Shown here one piece after another: positions 50,190 through 59,483 of a DNA stretch of 64,000 nt; the first letter of the stretch is position 1, and each line of letters opens with the position of its first letter. The position numbers were made by a program, and so were the translations under genes. Location: assembly GCA_964569795.1 (NCBI GenBank), contig CAZMVB010000005.1, positions 107,092 to 171,091 on the forward strand, written 5' to 3'. Origin of the DNA: an uncultured Desulfarculales bacterium. GTDB lineage: Bacteria > Desulfobacterota > Desulfarculia > Desulfarculales > JAHJDS01. The notes beneath the pieces are model-generated. The model had not been told where the DNA came from and searched no databases. It saw nothing but the letters and a program-made list of their open reading frames with translations.

Positions 50190-52080
50190 CGGACACGATT
50201 TCCAGGGTGGCCTTGACTATCCCGGCTTGATCCAGGCCAAAGGCGGCCCGCATCTCGGGCTGGGTGCCGTGGGGCACGAACACGTCCGGGATGCCCAGCC
50301 GCTTGAGGGAGACGTGGCCCAGACCCCGGTCGGTCAACATTGCGGCCACGGACGAGCCGAACCCGCCGTGGATGACGTTCTCCTCGACGGTGACGATCCG
50401 TCCTGTCCGCTCGGCCAAGTCCGTGATGAGATCGGCGTCCAGGGGCTTGATGAACCGGGCGTTGATCACGGCCGCGTCGATGCCCTGCCGGGCCAGCTGG
50501 GCGGCGGCCTCGGCGGCCGGCTCGACCATGGCCCCCACGGCGATCAGGGCCGCCTCACCTCCCTCCCGCAACACCTCTCCCCGGCCGACGGGCAGTTCCC
50601 GGAATTCCTGGCCGAGTTGGACGCCCAGGCCGTATCCCCGGGGATACCGGAAGGCAAAGGGGTGGTCCTGGTTGAGGCCGGTGTACAGGAGGTGGCGCAG
50701 CTCTTCCTCGTCCTTGGGGGCGCAGACGATCATCCGGGGCAGGGCCCGCAAATAACTCAGGTCGAACAGTCCCTGGTGGGTCGAGCCGTCCTGGCCGACG
50801 ATGCCCCCCCGATCCAGGGCGAAGACCACCGGCAGGTCCTGATGGCAGACGTCGTGGAGGATCTGATCAAAGGCCCGCTGCAGGAAGGTGGAATAGATCG
50901 CCACCACCGGCCGGAAACCCTCGACGGCCAGCCCGGCGGCCACGACCACGGCGTGCTGCTCGGCGATGCCCACGTCCATGAAGCGGTCGGGGAATTTTTC
51001 GGCAAACTCGATCAGCCCGGTCCCCTCGGGCATGGCCGCGGTAATGGCGATGATCCGCTGGTTGTCCTCGGCCAGACGGCACATGGCGTGGCCGAAGACG
51101 TGGGTGTAGCTGGGGGCGTGGGGCCCTTTCTTGTAGGGCGAGCCCGAGTTGACGTCGAACTTGCCCACGCCGTGGTAGTGGGCCGGGTCGGCCTCGGCCG
51201 GGGCAAAGCCCTTGCCTTTCTGGGTCACCACGTGGATCAGGATCGGTCCGGACAGGTCCCGGACGTTCTCGAAGGTGGTGATCAGGCGGTCCAGGCGGTG
51301 GCCGTCCACCGGTCCGAGGTAGTTGAACTTGAAGGCCTCGAAGAGCATGCCCGGGGTGACAAAACTCTTCCAGGACTCCTCGCTCTTGCGGGCCAGGTTC
51401 ACCACGGACTCGCCGATGCCGGGGATGGATTTCAGGAGCTTCTCGATCTCCTTGCGCAGCCGCTGGTAGAACCGGCTCGAGAGCTGACGGGACAGGATCG
51501 AGGACAAGGCGCCCACGTTTCTGGAAATGGACATCTTGTTGTCGTTCAGGACGACGATCAGGTCCTCGTCCAGGTCGCCGGCCTGATTCAGCCCCTCGAA
51601 GGCCAGCCCGCCGGTCAGGGAGCCGTCTCCGATGACGGCGATGACCCGGCCGGGTTCTTTTTTGAGGCGCTTGGCCACGGCCATGCCCAGGGCGGCCGAG
51701 ATCGAGGTCGAGGAGTGCCCGGTGTCATAGGTGTCGTACACGCTCTCGCTGCGCCGGGGAAATCCGGACAGCCCGCCCTGCTGCCGCAGGGAATCGAACC
51801 GGTCATACCGGCCGGTGATCAGCTTGTGGGCATAGGTCTGATGGCCCACGTCCCAGACGATCCGGTCCTGGGGGGCGTCAAAGACCTTGTGCAGGGCCAG
51901 GGTCAACTCGACCACACCCAGGGACGGGGCCAGGTGGCCGCCGGTCCGGGACACGGTGTCAATGATCTTGGCCCGGATCTGTTCGGCCAGGTCCTCGAGA
52001 TCGGCCAGGTCCAGGCCCTTGAGATCGGCCGGCGACTTGATGTCGGCCAGGTTGACTTTCGGTTTGTCGATTTCGTCCAT
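50149..52080 (-). CDS. dxs: 1-deoxy-D-xylulose-5-phosphate synthase
   Basis: 643 aa with GGHLAPSLGVVELT, the GDG thiamine-diphosphate motif (IGDGSLTGG) and GIAEQHAV. Confidence 0.95.
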   Translation of the reverse strand: MDEIDKPKVNLADIKSPADLKGLDLADLEDLAEQIRAKIIDTVSRTGGHLAPSLGVVELTLALHKVFDAPQDRIVWDVGHQTYAHKLITGRYDRFDSLRQQGGLSGFPRRSESVYDTYDTGHSSTSISAALGMAVAKRLKKEPGRVIAVIGDGSLTGGLAFEGLNQAGDLDEDLIVVLNDNKMSISRNVGALSSILSRQLSSRFYQRLRKEIEKLLKSIPGIGESVVNLARKSEESWKSFVTPGMLFEAFKFNYLGPVDGHRLDRLITTFENVRDLSGPILIHVVTQKGKGFAPAEADPAHYHGVGKFDVNSGSPYKKGPHAPSYTHVFGHAMCRLAEDNQRIIAITAAMPEGTGLIEFAEKFPDRFMDVGIAEQHAVVVAAGLAVEGFRPVVAIYSTFLQRAFDQILHDVCHQDLPVVFALDRGGIVGQDGSTHQGLFDLSYLRALPRMIVCAPKDEEELRHLLYTGLNQDHPFAFRYPRGYGLGVQLGQEFRELPVGRGEVLREGGEAALIAVGAMVEPAAEAAAQLARQGIDAAVINARFIKPLDADLITDLAERTGRIVTVEENVIHGGFGSSVAAMLTDRGLGHVSLKRLGIPDVFVPHGTQPEMRAAFGLDQAGIVKATLEIVSGVHTPAFSQRAAR

Positions 52081-52985
52081 CAGACTTTTCTTTCCACGAT
52101 GTAACGGGCCAGGGCGGCCAGGGGTTCGGCCGGCCCGCCCCAGGGCTCGATCAGGGCCGCGGCCCGCCCGGCCAGTTCCCGGGCCCGCCTTCGGGCGGTC
52201 TCGAGACCGACCAGGGCCGGATAGGTGGCCTTGCCCCGGGCCGCGTCCGAGCCGACGGCCTTTCCCAAGGAGGCGGCGTCGCCCTCGACGTTCAACAGGT
52301 CGTCCTGGATCTGAAAGGCCAGGCCGATCTGGCGGCCGTAGTCGAGCAGGGTCTGGATCCGGTCCTCGTCGCCTTGGCCCAGGATCGCCCCGGCCCCGAC
52401 CGCGGCGGTGATCATCGCCCCGGTCTTGGCGCCGTGGATGAACTCGACCGTGGCCAGGTCCACCTCGACCCCGGCCGCGGCCACGTCCACGTCCTGGCCG
52501 CCGACCATGCCCCTGACGCCGGCCGCCTGAAAGATCAGGTGCGCCGCCCGGAGCAGCCGGTCCGGACTGAACCGACCGCTAAAGTCGGGATTCAAGCACA
52601 AGACGGCCGCCTCGGTCAAGAGGGCGTCCCCGGCCAGGAGGGCCCGGGCCTGACCGAACTTGACGTGGCAGGTCGGCTGGCCCCGCCGGAGATCGTCGTC
52701 GTCCAGGGCGGGCAGATCGTCGTGGATCAGGGAGTAGGTGTGGATGAACTCCAGGGCGCAGGCCACTGGCAGCAGGGATTCGAGATCGATCGGACCGCTC
52801 GGGGCCACGGCCTCGGCCCCGGCCAGGCAGAGGATCGGCCGGAGGCGCTTGCCCCCGGCGAACAGGCTGTGGGCCATGGCCATAACCAGGGGCCTGACCA
52901 TCCCCTCGGCCGGCGCCAGGAACCGCGGCAGGGCGGCCTCGATCAGGGACCGGCGTTCCTCGAGGTATGCGGTCAGGTCGAACAA
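52080..52985 (-). CDS. ispA: Farnesyl-diphosphate synthase (polyprenyl synthetase)
   Basis: DDxxD motifs (IHDDLPALDDDDLRRG and FQIQDDLLN). Sits in the conserved xseB-ispA-dxs order. Confidence 0.9.
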   Translation of the reverse strand: MFDLTAYLEERRSLIEAALPRFLAPAEGMVRPLVMAMAHSLFAGGKRLRPILCLAGAEAVAPSGPIDLESLLPVACALEFIHTYSLIHDDLPALDDDDLRRGQPTCHVKFGQARALLAGDALLTEAAVLCLNPDFSGRFSPDRLLRAAHLIFQAAGVRGMVGGQDVDVAAAGVEVDLATVEFIHGAKTGAMITAAVGAGAILGQGDEDRIQTLLDYGRQIGLAFQIQDDLLNVEGDAASLGKAVGSDAARGKATYPALVGLETARRRARELAGRAAALIEPWGGPAEPLAALARYIVERKV

Positions 52986-52986
52986 G

Positions 52987-53232
52987 TCAGGCTTCGTCCT
53001 CGTCGGCCTCGGTCCACGGCTCGGCCCGGACCTGTCCGTTTTCCTTTTTGAGGAGAAGCTCGACCTTGGCCTCGGCCTGGCTCAGGGTCTTATCCAGTTC
53101 CCGGGCCAGCTTCATCCCCTCCTCGAAGGCCTCCAGGGACTTCTCCAGGGGCATTTCGCCGGATTCGAGTCGGGCGGTGAGGCCCTCCAGTTTCTTGAGC
53201 ATCTGCTCGAAGGTCGGCTTCTTGTCGGCCAT
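52987..53232 (-). CDS. xseB: Exodeoxyribonuclease VII small subunit
   Basis: 81 aa. FEQMLKKLEGLTARLESGEMPLEKSLEAFEEGMKLAR is typical of XseB. Confidence 0.9.
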   Translation of the reverse strand: MADKKPTFEQMLKKLEGLTARLESGEMPLEKSLEAFEEGMKLARELDKTLSQAEAKVELLLKKENGQVRAEPWTEADEDEA

Positions 53233-53235
53233 GAT

Positions 53236-54600
53236 TCAGTTCACCTCGTCAACCGTGACGCCCAGGCGCCCCTCACCCAGCCGGACCCGAAGTTTTTCGT
53301 CCACGGCGACCTCGGTCGAGCGCCGGATGACCCTGGTCTCGCCAGCGTCCAGGACGATGGCGTAGCCGCGGGACAGCACGGCGACCGGGCTCAAGGCCTC
53401 GAGGCGCTGGTGGATGCCCGAAAATCTCAGCCGCGCCGTCTTGACCTGGTCGGCGATCAACCGGGCCAGGTCCCGGGCCAGCCGGTCCCGTTCCCGCCGG
53501 GCCAGGGCCACGCTCCGGTCCGGTCCGGCGGCCCTCAGCCGGGCGGTCAAGGTCTCCAGGCCGCGCCGGGCGTCCCGGAGGGCCTTGAGGATCAGCCGGT
53601 CCATCCGCCCGGCCAGGTCGTCCAGGCGCTGGAGGTATTCCCCCAGGGCCCGCCGCGGATCGCGCAGGGCCCGTTTCGCGGCCTCCAGGCGCCAGCGCAG
53701 ATTTCCCAGGCCAACGGCCAGGCCCCGGGCCAGCCCCCGGGTCAACTCGGTGGTCCGGGCGATCAGGTCTTGCCGGGCCCCGGCCAGAAGGGCCGCCGCG
53801 GCCGTGGGCGTGGCCGCCCGGAGGTCGGCCACGAAGTCGCAGATGGTGAAGTCGGTCTCGTGACCGACCGCCGAGACGGTCGGGATCCTCGAGGCGGCCA
53901 CGGTCCGGGCCAGTCGCTCGTCATTGAAGGCCCACAGGTCCTCGACCGATCCCCCGCCCCGGGTCAGGACGATGACGTCCACCTGGCCCTGCCGGTTGAA
54001 ATACTCGACGGCCTCGATCAGCCGCGGCGGGGCGGCCTCGCCCTGGACCGGGACCGGATAGATCTGAACCTCGAACACCGGCTCGGCCGGGTGAATCGTC
54101 CGCAAAAAATCCCGGACCGCCGCCCCCTGGGCCGAGGTGACCAGGCCGATGCGCCTCACCGGGACCGGCAAAGGACGCTTGCGGGCCTCATCCAGCAGGC
54201 CCTCGTCGGCCAGCTTGGCCTTGAGGGCCACGAAGGCGGCCATCAGGGCCCCGGCACCCCGCGGCTCGATGGTGTCCACCACCAGTTGCAGATCGCCCCG
54301 CGGGGCAAACAAATTGATCCGGCCCAGGATCAGGACCTGGTCCCCGTCCAGGGGGACGTACTTCAGCCGGGAGGCCTGCCACTTGAAACAGACCGCCCGC
54401 AACTGGCCGGCCTCGTCCTTGAGGCTGAAATAGAGGTGGCCCGACCCGGCCCGGCGCAGGCCGGAGATCTCCCCTTCGACCCAGACGAACTGGAATTTTT
54501 CTTCCAGGGCCCCCTCGATCTGCCGGAGAAGCTCGGACACGGTGAACACGTGCCGGGTCGGGGCGAACAGGGGCAGTTCTTCCTGGGGGGGATGTTTCAT
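53236..54600 (-). CDS. xseA: Exodeoxyribonuclease VII large subunit
   Basis: 454 aa with an OB-fold N-terminus (VWVEGEISG..GHLYFSLKD) and the VISAVGHETD-like motif (VSAVGHETDFT). Confidence 0.9.
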   Translation of the reverse strand: MKHPPQEELPLFAPTRHVFTVSELLRQIEGALEEKFQFVWVEGEISGLRRAGSGHLYFSLKDEAGQLRAVCFKWQASRLKYVPLDGDQVLILGRINLFAPRGDLQLVVDTIEPRGAGALMAAFVALKAKLADEGLLDEARKRPLPVPVRRIGLVTSAQGAAVRDFLRTIHPAEPVFEVQIYPVPVQGEAAPPRLIEAVEYFNRQGQVDVIVLTRGGGSVEDLWAFNDERLARTVAASRIPTVSAVGHETDFTICDFVADLRAATPTAAAALLAGARQDLIARTTELTRGLARGLAVGLGNLRWRLEAAKRALRDPRRALGEYLQRLDDLAGRMDRLILKALRDARRGLETLTARLRAAGPDRSVALARRERDRLARDLARLIADQVKTARLRFSGIHQRLEALSPVAVLSRGYAIVLDAGETRVIRRSTEVAVDEKLRVRLGEGRLGVTVDEVN

Positions 54601-54678
54601 AACCTAAAAGTTTAACACGGCCTCTACGGGACGCAATTAAAAAAGGGTGGGTCCGATCCCAGGCGGCCGGTAAATCCC

Positions 54679-54707
54679 TTGCCAACCGGTCGCTCTGGGA
54701 TTAATAT
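54679..54707 (+). promoter_or_regulatory. Candidate sigma70 promoter for the PEPCK gene
   Basis: TTGCCA-N17-TAATAT, about 105 nt upstream of ATG 54812. Confidence 0.4.
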
Positions 54708-54811
54708 CAAAACCTCAAAAGTGTGTTTTGGAGGGAATTAATAGTAAATACATCCGGTTGGTCACCTTTTACTCATCGACGGCGAACAGTACCTACTTCA
54801 GGGGAGCTCTC

Positions 54812-56776
54812 ATGTTTGAACTGGGAAAAGGGGTGGACATCCTGTCCGACATCGGCGGCGTCAAAGACCAGGCCCGGGCCGAGGCCGTCTTCAGCGAGCA
54901 CATGGCCGAGGCCGAGCTAAACAAGATCCAGCGGATCACAAATAAAAAGGCCCGCCTGAAAATAGCCAACGCCATCGCCCTGGGCCGGCCGGACGAGGTC
55001 TTCATCAACACCGGCAGCGAGGCGGACAAGCAATACATCCGGGAGATGTGCCTCAAGTCAAAGGAGGAGCGCACCCTGGCCATCCCGGGGCACACCCTGC
55101 ATTACGATCTGGCCCAGGAGCAGGCCCGGATCGTGGATCGCACCTTTTACATCGCCAATGACGACGAGACGGTCAGCTCCCTGGCCAACCGGATCGGCCG
55201 CCAGGAGGCCTACGATTATGTCCGGGAGTACATGGTCGGCATGATGCAGGGCATGACCCTGGTGGTCGGGTTTTACAGCCGGGGACCGATCGGGGCCCAT
55301 GCGGCCATCCCGGCCATCGAGGCCACCACCTCGTTCTACGTCTGCCACTCGGCCGAACTGCTCTACCGCAACTGTTACGAAAAATTTGACGCCGAGGTGG
55401 AACGGGTCGGCCTCTTCTTCACCAATGTCCACTGCCAGGGTCCCAACCGGCCCGAGGATTTGCCCAATGCCCGGGTGTTCATGGACCGGGCCCATCAAAC
55501 GACCTACAGCACCTTCTGCACCTACGCCGGCAACACCTTACTTTTAAAAAAGGGAAACCACCGCTTTGCGGTTGATCGGGCGACTTATTACCTGCGGGGT
55601 GATGAACTTTCCGAGCACATGTTCATCACCGGCCTCAAGGGCCCGGGCGGCCGGGTGACCTTTTTCGCCGGGGCGGCCCCTTCCGGGTGCGGCAAGACGA
55701 CCACGGCCATGGTCGGCGACGAGTTCATCTCCGACGATCTGGCCCAGATCTGGATCGCCGAGGACGGGACCATCCGGAGCATCAATCCCGAGACCGGGAT
55801 CTTCGGGATCATCGAGGACGTCAACTGGACCGACGACCCGATGATCCTGGACATTCTGCGGCACGAGAAGACCGAGGTGATCTTCTCCAACGTCCTGGTG
55901 GATGATCAGGGCACGCCCCACTGGGTGGGCAGCGGCGAGGAGAACCCGACCAAGGGCTTCAACTTCCAGGGCGAGTGGCATGACGGAAAAACCGACGCCA
56001 AGGGTAAGAAGATTCCCCTGTCCCACGCCAACGCCCGGTTCACCATCCGAGCGGAAATTTTGGCCAACTGCAGCCCCCGGCTGCACGATCCGGCCGGGGT
56101 GGTCACCCGGGTCTTCACCTACAACGGCCGGGACGCGGACACCATGCCCCCTGTCCGGGTGGCCCGCGACGCGAACGAGGGGGTGGTCATCGGGGCGTCC
56201 ATCGTCAGTCAGGCCACGGCCACCGAGGTCGGGGTGACCGGCGTCAAGCGCCAGCCCTGGGCCAACCAGCCCTTCATCCCCGGGGCCCTGGGCGACAACA
56301 TGGTCGCCCAGTTCGAGTTCTTCAACAGCCCCAAAATTTCGGCCGAAAACCGGCCGATCATGGCCGGCCTGAACTACTTCCTGACCCACGGGGCCCGGGA
56401 CGGCCAGGGCAAGGCCCTGCTGGGCGAAAAGCGGGATGTCAAGGTCTGGCTGGGCTGGCTGGACCGGCTGATCCACGGCGACGTGGGGAGCATCGCCACG
56501 CCCGTGGGCCTGATCCCCAGGTACGAGGACCTGCGGGCCATGTTCGACGAACTGCTGGGCAAGGAGTATCCCCGGGACCTGTATGAAAAGCAGTTCTCGC
56601 TCTACGTGGACAACATCATCGCCCGGATCGACCTCCAGTACGAGGCCTTCCAGGCCGAGGAAAACATCCCCTCGATACTGTTCGAGATTTACGACCAACA
56701 AAAGCAAGAACTGGTGGCCCTTAAAGAACGCTGGGGGGCAGTGGTAAGTCCCGAACAAATTGCGGCGGACGCATGA
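54812..56776 (+). CDS. pckG: Phosphoenolpyruvate carboxykinase (GTP)
   Basis: GTP-PEPCK kinase-1a loop GAAPSGCGKTT and NARFT motif. Start moved to ATG 54812 (MFELGKG). Confidence 0.85.
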   Translation: MFELGKGVDILSDIGGVKDQARAEAVFSEHMAEAELNKIQRITNKKARLKIANAIALGRPDEVFINTGSEADKQYIREMCLKSKEERTLAIPGHTLHYDLAQEQARIVDRTFYIANDDETVSSLANRIGRQEAYDYVREYMVGMMQGMTLVVGFYSRGPIGAHAAIPAIEATTSFYVCHSAELLYRNCYEKFDAEVERVGLFFTNVHCQGPNRPEDLPNARVFMDRAHQTTYSTFCTYAGNTLLLKKGNHRFAVDRATYYLRGDELSEHMFITGLKGPGGRVTFFAGAAPSGCGKTTTAMVGDEFISDDLAQIWIAEDGTIRSINPETGIFGIIEDVNWTDDPMILDILRHEKTEVIFSNVLVDDQGTPHWVGSGEENPTKGFNFQGEWHDGKTDAKGKKIPLSHANARFTIRAEILANCSPRLHDPAGVVTRVFTYNGRDADTMPPVRVARDANEGVVIGASIVSQATATEVGVTGVKRQPWANQPFIPGALGDNMVAQFEFFNSPKISAENRPIMAGLNYFLTHGARDGQGKALLGEKRDVKVWLGWLDRLIHGDVGSIATPVGLIPRYEDLRAMFDELLGKEYPRDLYEKQFSLYVDNIIARIDLQYEAFQAEENIPSILFEIYDQQKQELVALKERWGAVVSPEQIAADA

Positions 56777-56865
56777 ATTGCCTCGGTAGGCAGGATTGAC
56801 TAACGTAATTTGCCGTCAAAGAGTTGCCTGAATCGGGGCGACTGCTTTTGTAGTCGCCCCGTTAT

Positions 56866-57699
56866 TTAATTGACATCCGCCACGGCCTGATTGATGACGA
56901 TCGCCCGCTGGCTCCTGACCTGGATCAGATAGTGATCATTTTCCTGCCAGCCCTCGGTGGTCAGGGTGTCCCCGGGATAGACCACATCCGAGAAGCGGGC
57001 CTTGAACTCCAGCAGGCGGTCCGCCTCCCCGTCCAGGAGACCGTTGACAATGGCCCGGGTGGCAAAGCCATAGGTGCACAGGCCGTGGAGGATGGGCCGG
57101 TCGAACCCGGCACCCTTGGCGGCGGCCGGGTCCAGGTGGAGCGGGTTGACGTCGCCGCTGAGTCGATACAGGGCGGCCTGATTCTCGGCGACCCGGTCTG
57201 ACACGCTGAAGTCGGGTTTCCGGTCCTGGGGAAACTCGATCTTGGGGGCGGGCGGTCCGGGATCGCCCCCGAAGCCGCCGGCGCCCAGGTAGAAGACGAC
57301 CCAGTCGGCGTCGTAGAGCGTGCCGCCGTCCTCGGCCGTGCCGGTGATCCGGATGCGATAGAGCGCGCCCTTGCCCTTGTCAAAGATGTCGGTCACCTCG
57401 CCGACCTGGCTGATCTTTCCGGACGGTTCCAGCGGCCGATGGAGCCTGATGGCCTGCTCGCCGTGGATGAACAAGGGCCACTCGATTTCTTCCCTGGCCA
57501 GGGGAAAGGCCTTCATGGCCGCCACGACGCAGAAGCTGGGCAGGACCTTCAGGCCGCCTGGGGCGTGCTCGTAAACGAACGACAGATCCCCGGCCCCGGC
57601 CCCGACCCCCAGGGCGTAGAGGACCACGTCTTGCCAGGTGTACTCGAAGGTCACCGGCCCCCTCTTCCGGCCGATCACGCTCAGGTCAACTTCGGGCAT
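56866..57699 (-). CDS. MaoC-like (R)-hydratase, double hot-dog fold
   Basis: 277 aa with N-terminal and C-terminal MaoC dehydratase halves (YRLSGDVNPLHLDP). Confidence 0.8.
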   Translation of the reverse strand: MPEVDLSVIGRKRGPVTFEYTWQDVVLYALGVGAGAGDLSFVYEHAPGGLKVLPSFCVVAAMKAFPLAREEIEWPLFIHGEQAIRLHRPLEPSGKISQVGEVTDIFDKGKGALYRIRITGTAEDGGTLYDADWVVFYLGAGGFGGDPGPPAPKIEFPQDRKPDFSVSDRVAENQAALYRLSGDVNPLHLDPAAAKGAGFDRPILHGLCTYGFATRAIVNGLLDGEADRLLEFKARFSDVVYPGDTLTTEGWQENDHYLIQVRSQRAIVINQAVADVN

Positions 57700-57759
57700 G
57701 ACTCTCCCCCCGGGCTGGCTGTTGCATGATTGATCCAGGCGAAACCCAACGGTCCGAAC

Positions 57760-58239
57760 TCAGGCCTGGAACCTGGCGACCAGTCTGTCGAAAGTCGCCT
57801 CGAGGTGCTCGGGCACGACCCGGACCTCGGCCAAAACGGTCATGTAGTTGACGTCCCCGCTCCACCGGGGCACCAGGTGATAGTGGAGGTGGGATTCGAC
57901 CCCGGCCCCGGCGACGCGGCTCAGGTTGAGGCCGATGTTGAACCCGTCGGGTTTCATCTCGGCCTTGAGTGCGGCCAGGGCCCGGCACTGGAGGTCAGTC
58001 AGCCGGGCGACCTCGCCGGCCGACAGATCGTCCAGGCCCGAGACGTGACGCCGCGGGGCGATCAACAGGTGACCGTTGTTGTAAGGGTACCGGTTCATCA
58101 TCACCAGGGCGGTCTGGTCGGCGTACAGGACCAGGCGGTCCTTGTCCGGCCCCTCCCGGTCCAGACAGAAGATGCAGCCCTCGGTCTTGTCTTCGCCCAG
58201 GATATAGGTCATCCGCCACGGGGCCCAGAGATTGTCCAC
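57760..58239 (-). CDS. HIT family protein (Ap4A phosphorylase / GalT-like branch)
   Basis: Histidine triad HLHYHLVPRW. N-terminal LWAPWRMTYI and CIFC motifs. Confidence 0.85.
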   Translation of the reverse strand: MDNLWAPWRMTYILGEDKTEGCIFCLDREGPDKDRLVLYADQTALVMMNRYPYNNGHLLIAPRRHVSGLDDLSAGEVARLTDLQCRALAALKAEMKPDGFNIGLNLSRVAGAGVESHLHYHLVPRWSGDVNYMTVLAEVRVVPEHLEATFDRLVARFQA

Positions 58240-58248
58240 GCCTCACTC

Positions 58249-58722
58249 CTATATATTGAATATTTCGCCCCGGATCGTCTGCCCCAGGCTGAGGCGGCCC
58301 ATGGTCCCGCCGGCAAACAATCTCCCCCGGGCCGCGCCGGGGTTGAACATCAGGACGCCGCCCAGGATCTCGTTACAGACGTGGTGGGTATGCCCGAAGA
58401 CGATGCAGTCCACGTCGTCGAACTGGTTTCTGACCTTTTTCATCAAACCGAATGGCGAGCCCCAGCCGTGGATCAGGCCGATGCGCTTGCCGGCCAGGTC
58501 CAGGATTTTTTGCTCCGGGAGCCGGCCCCTGAGTTCGGGCAGGTCCATGTTGCCGGCCACGGCCTCGACCCGGGGAAAGGGCAAGGCCGTAAGCACCTTG
58601 GCGCTGACCATGTCGCCGACGTGGAGCAGGACCTCGCAGCCCGTCCCCAACTCGGCCAGGCGGTCCATGAAATCCTGATCCGGCTCGCGCAGATGGGTGT
58701 CCGAGATGACCGCGACGTCCAT
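58249..58722 (-). CDS. YfcE/MJ0936-family metallophosphoesterase
   Basis: VISDTH, HVGD, GNMD and FGHTH metal-binding motifs. Confidence 0.85.
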   Translation of the reverse strand: MDVAVISDTHLREPDQDFMDRLAELGTGCEVLLHVGDMVSAKVLTALPFPRVEAVAGNMDLPELRGRLPEQKILDLAGKRIGLIHGWGSPFGLMKKVRNQFDDVDCIVFGHTHHVCNEILGGVLMFNPGAARGRLFAGGTMGRLSLGQTIRGEIFNI

Positions 58723-59450
58723 TACAATCCTTTCATCTCGACCTGGCCGCCGGCGGCTATTTTGTCATGCAGCACGGCCACCGCCCCGCGGACGCCGCCC
58801 ATGTTCAGGGCCCAGGCCACGGCCCGGTTCAGATCGGCCGCCCGCTGGACCCGGTTGGCCGCGGCCGTGGCCACGGCGTCTGCCAGGGCGGCCGACTCGG
58901 CGACGACGCAGACCGCGTCGGCCCGCCCGAGGCTCAGGGAATGGCCGACCGTGCCCGACGAGGTGCAGACCCCGAAGGGTTTTTCGTAATGGGCCAGGGC
59001 CAGTCCCACCCGTCCGGACAGGGGAGATTCGCCGGCCCACAGGGCGACGGTCACCGGCCGGTCCGAACTGATGAACACGTCCCCGCCGTTTTCAATGATC
59101 AGGCGCGGGCTCAGGGGCAGTACCTCGAGGCCGACCGTCTCGGCCACGGCCCCGGCCACGGCGGCCATGGGCCCTACCCCGGCCGCCTCCCCGGCCTGAA
59201 TCATCAGCCTGACCACCGCCGGGGCCAACTCGTCGTCAGGCCACGGCGCCAGGCTCTCCAGGAAACCGGGCGTTCGGCCGGCGTAATCCTCGATCTGGCG
59301 GCGGCAGCGCCCCAATGACAAAAGGACCTCGGCGGACAGGTCGCGCTCGGCCATGACCCACAGGTCTGATTCCTTGACCGCGGCCCGAAAACCGACCAGG
59401 TCCTCGCCAGACACCAGCCGCCGGTAAGTTCGATCCTGATGAGCGCCCAT
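58722..59450 (-). CDS. UPF0280 / ApbE-like family protein
   Basis: 242 aa with GVGPMAAVAGAVAE and GHSLSLGRADAV segments, as in UPF0280 proteins (from memory). Confidence 0.55.
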   Translation of the reverse strand: MGAHQDRTYRRLVSGEDLVGFRAAVKESDLWVMAERDLSAEVLLSLGRCRRQIEDYAGRTPGFLESLAPWPDDELAPAVVRLMIQAGEAAGVGPMAAVAGAVAETVGLEVLPLSPRLIIENGGDVFISSDRPVTVALWAGESPLSGRVGLALAHYEKPFGVCTSSGTVGHSLSLGRADAVCVVAESAALADAVATAAANRVQRAADLNRAVAWALNMGGVRGAVAVLHDKIAAGGQVEMKGL

Positions 59451-59483
59451 GGGGGTTAAGAGTATAACAAAAAATCCGGTTCG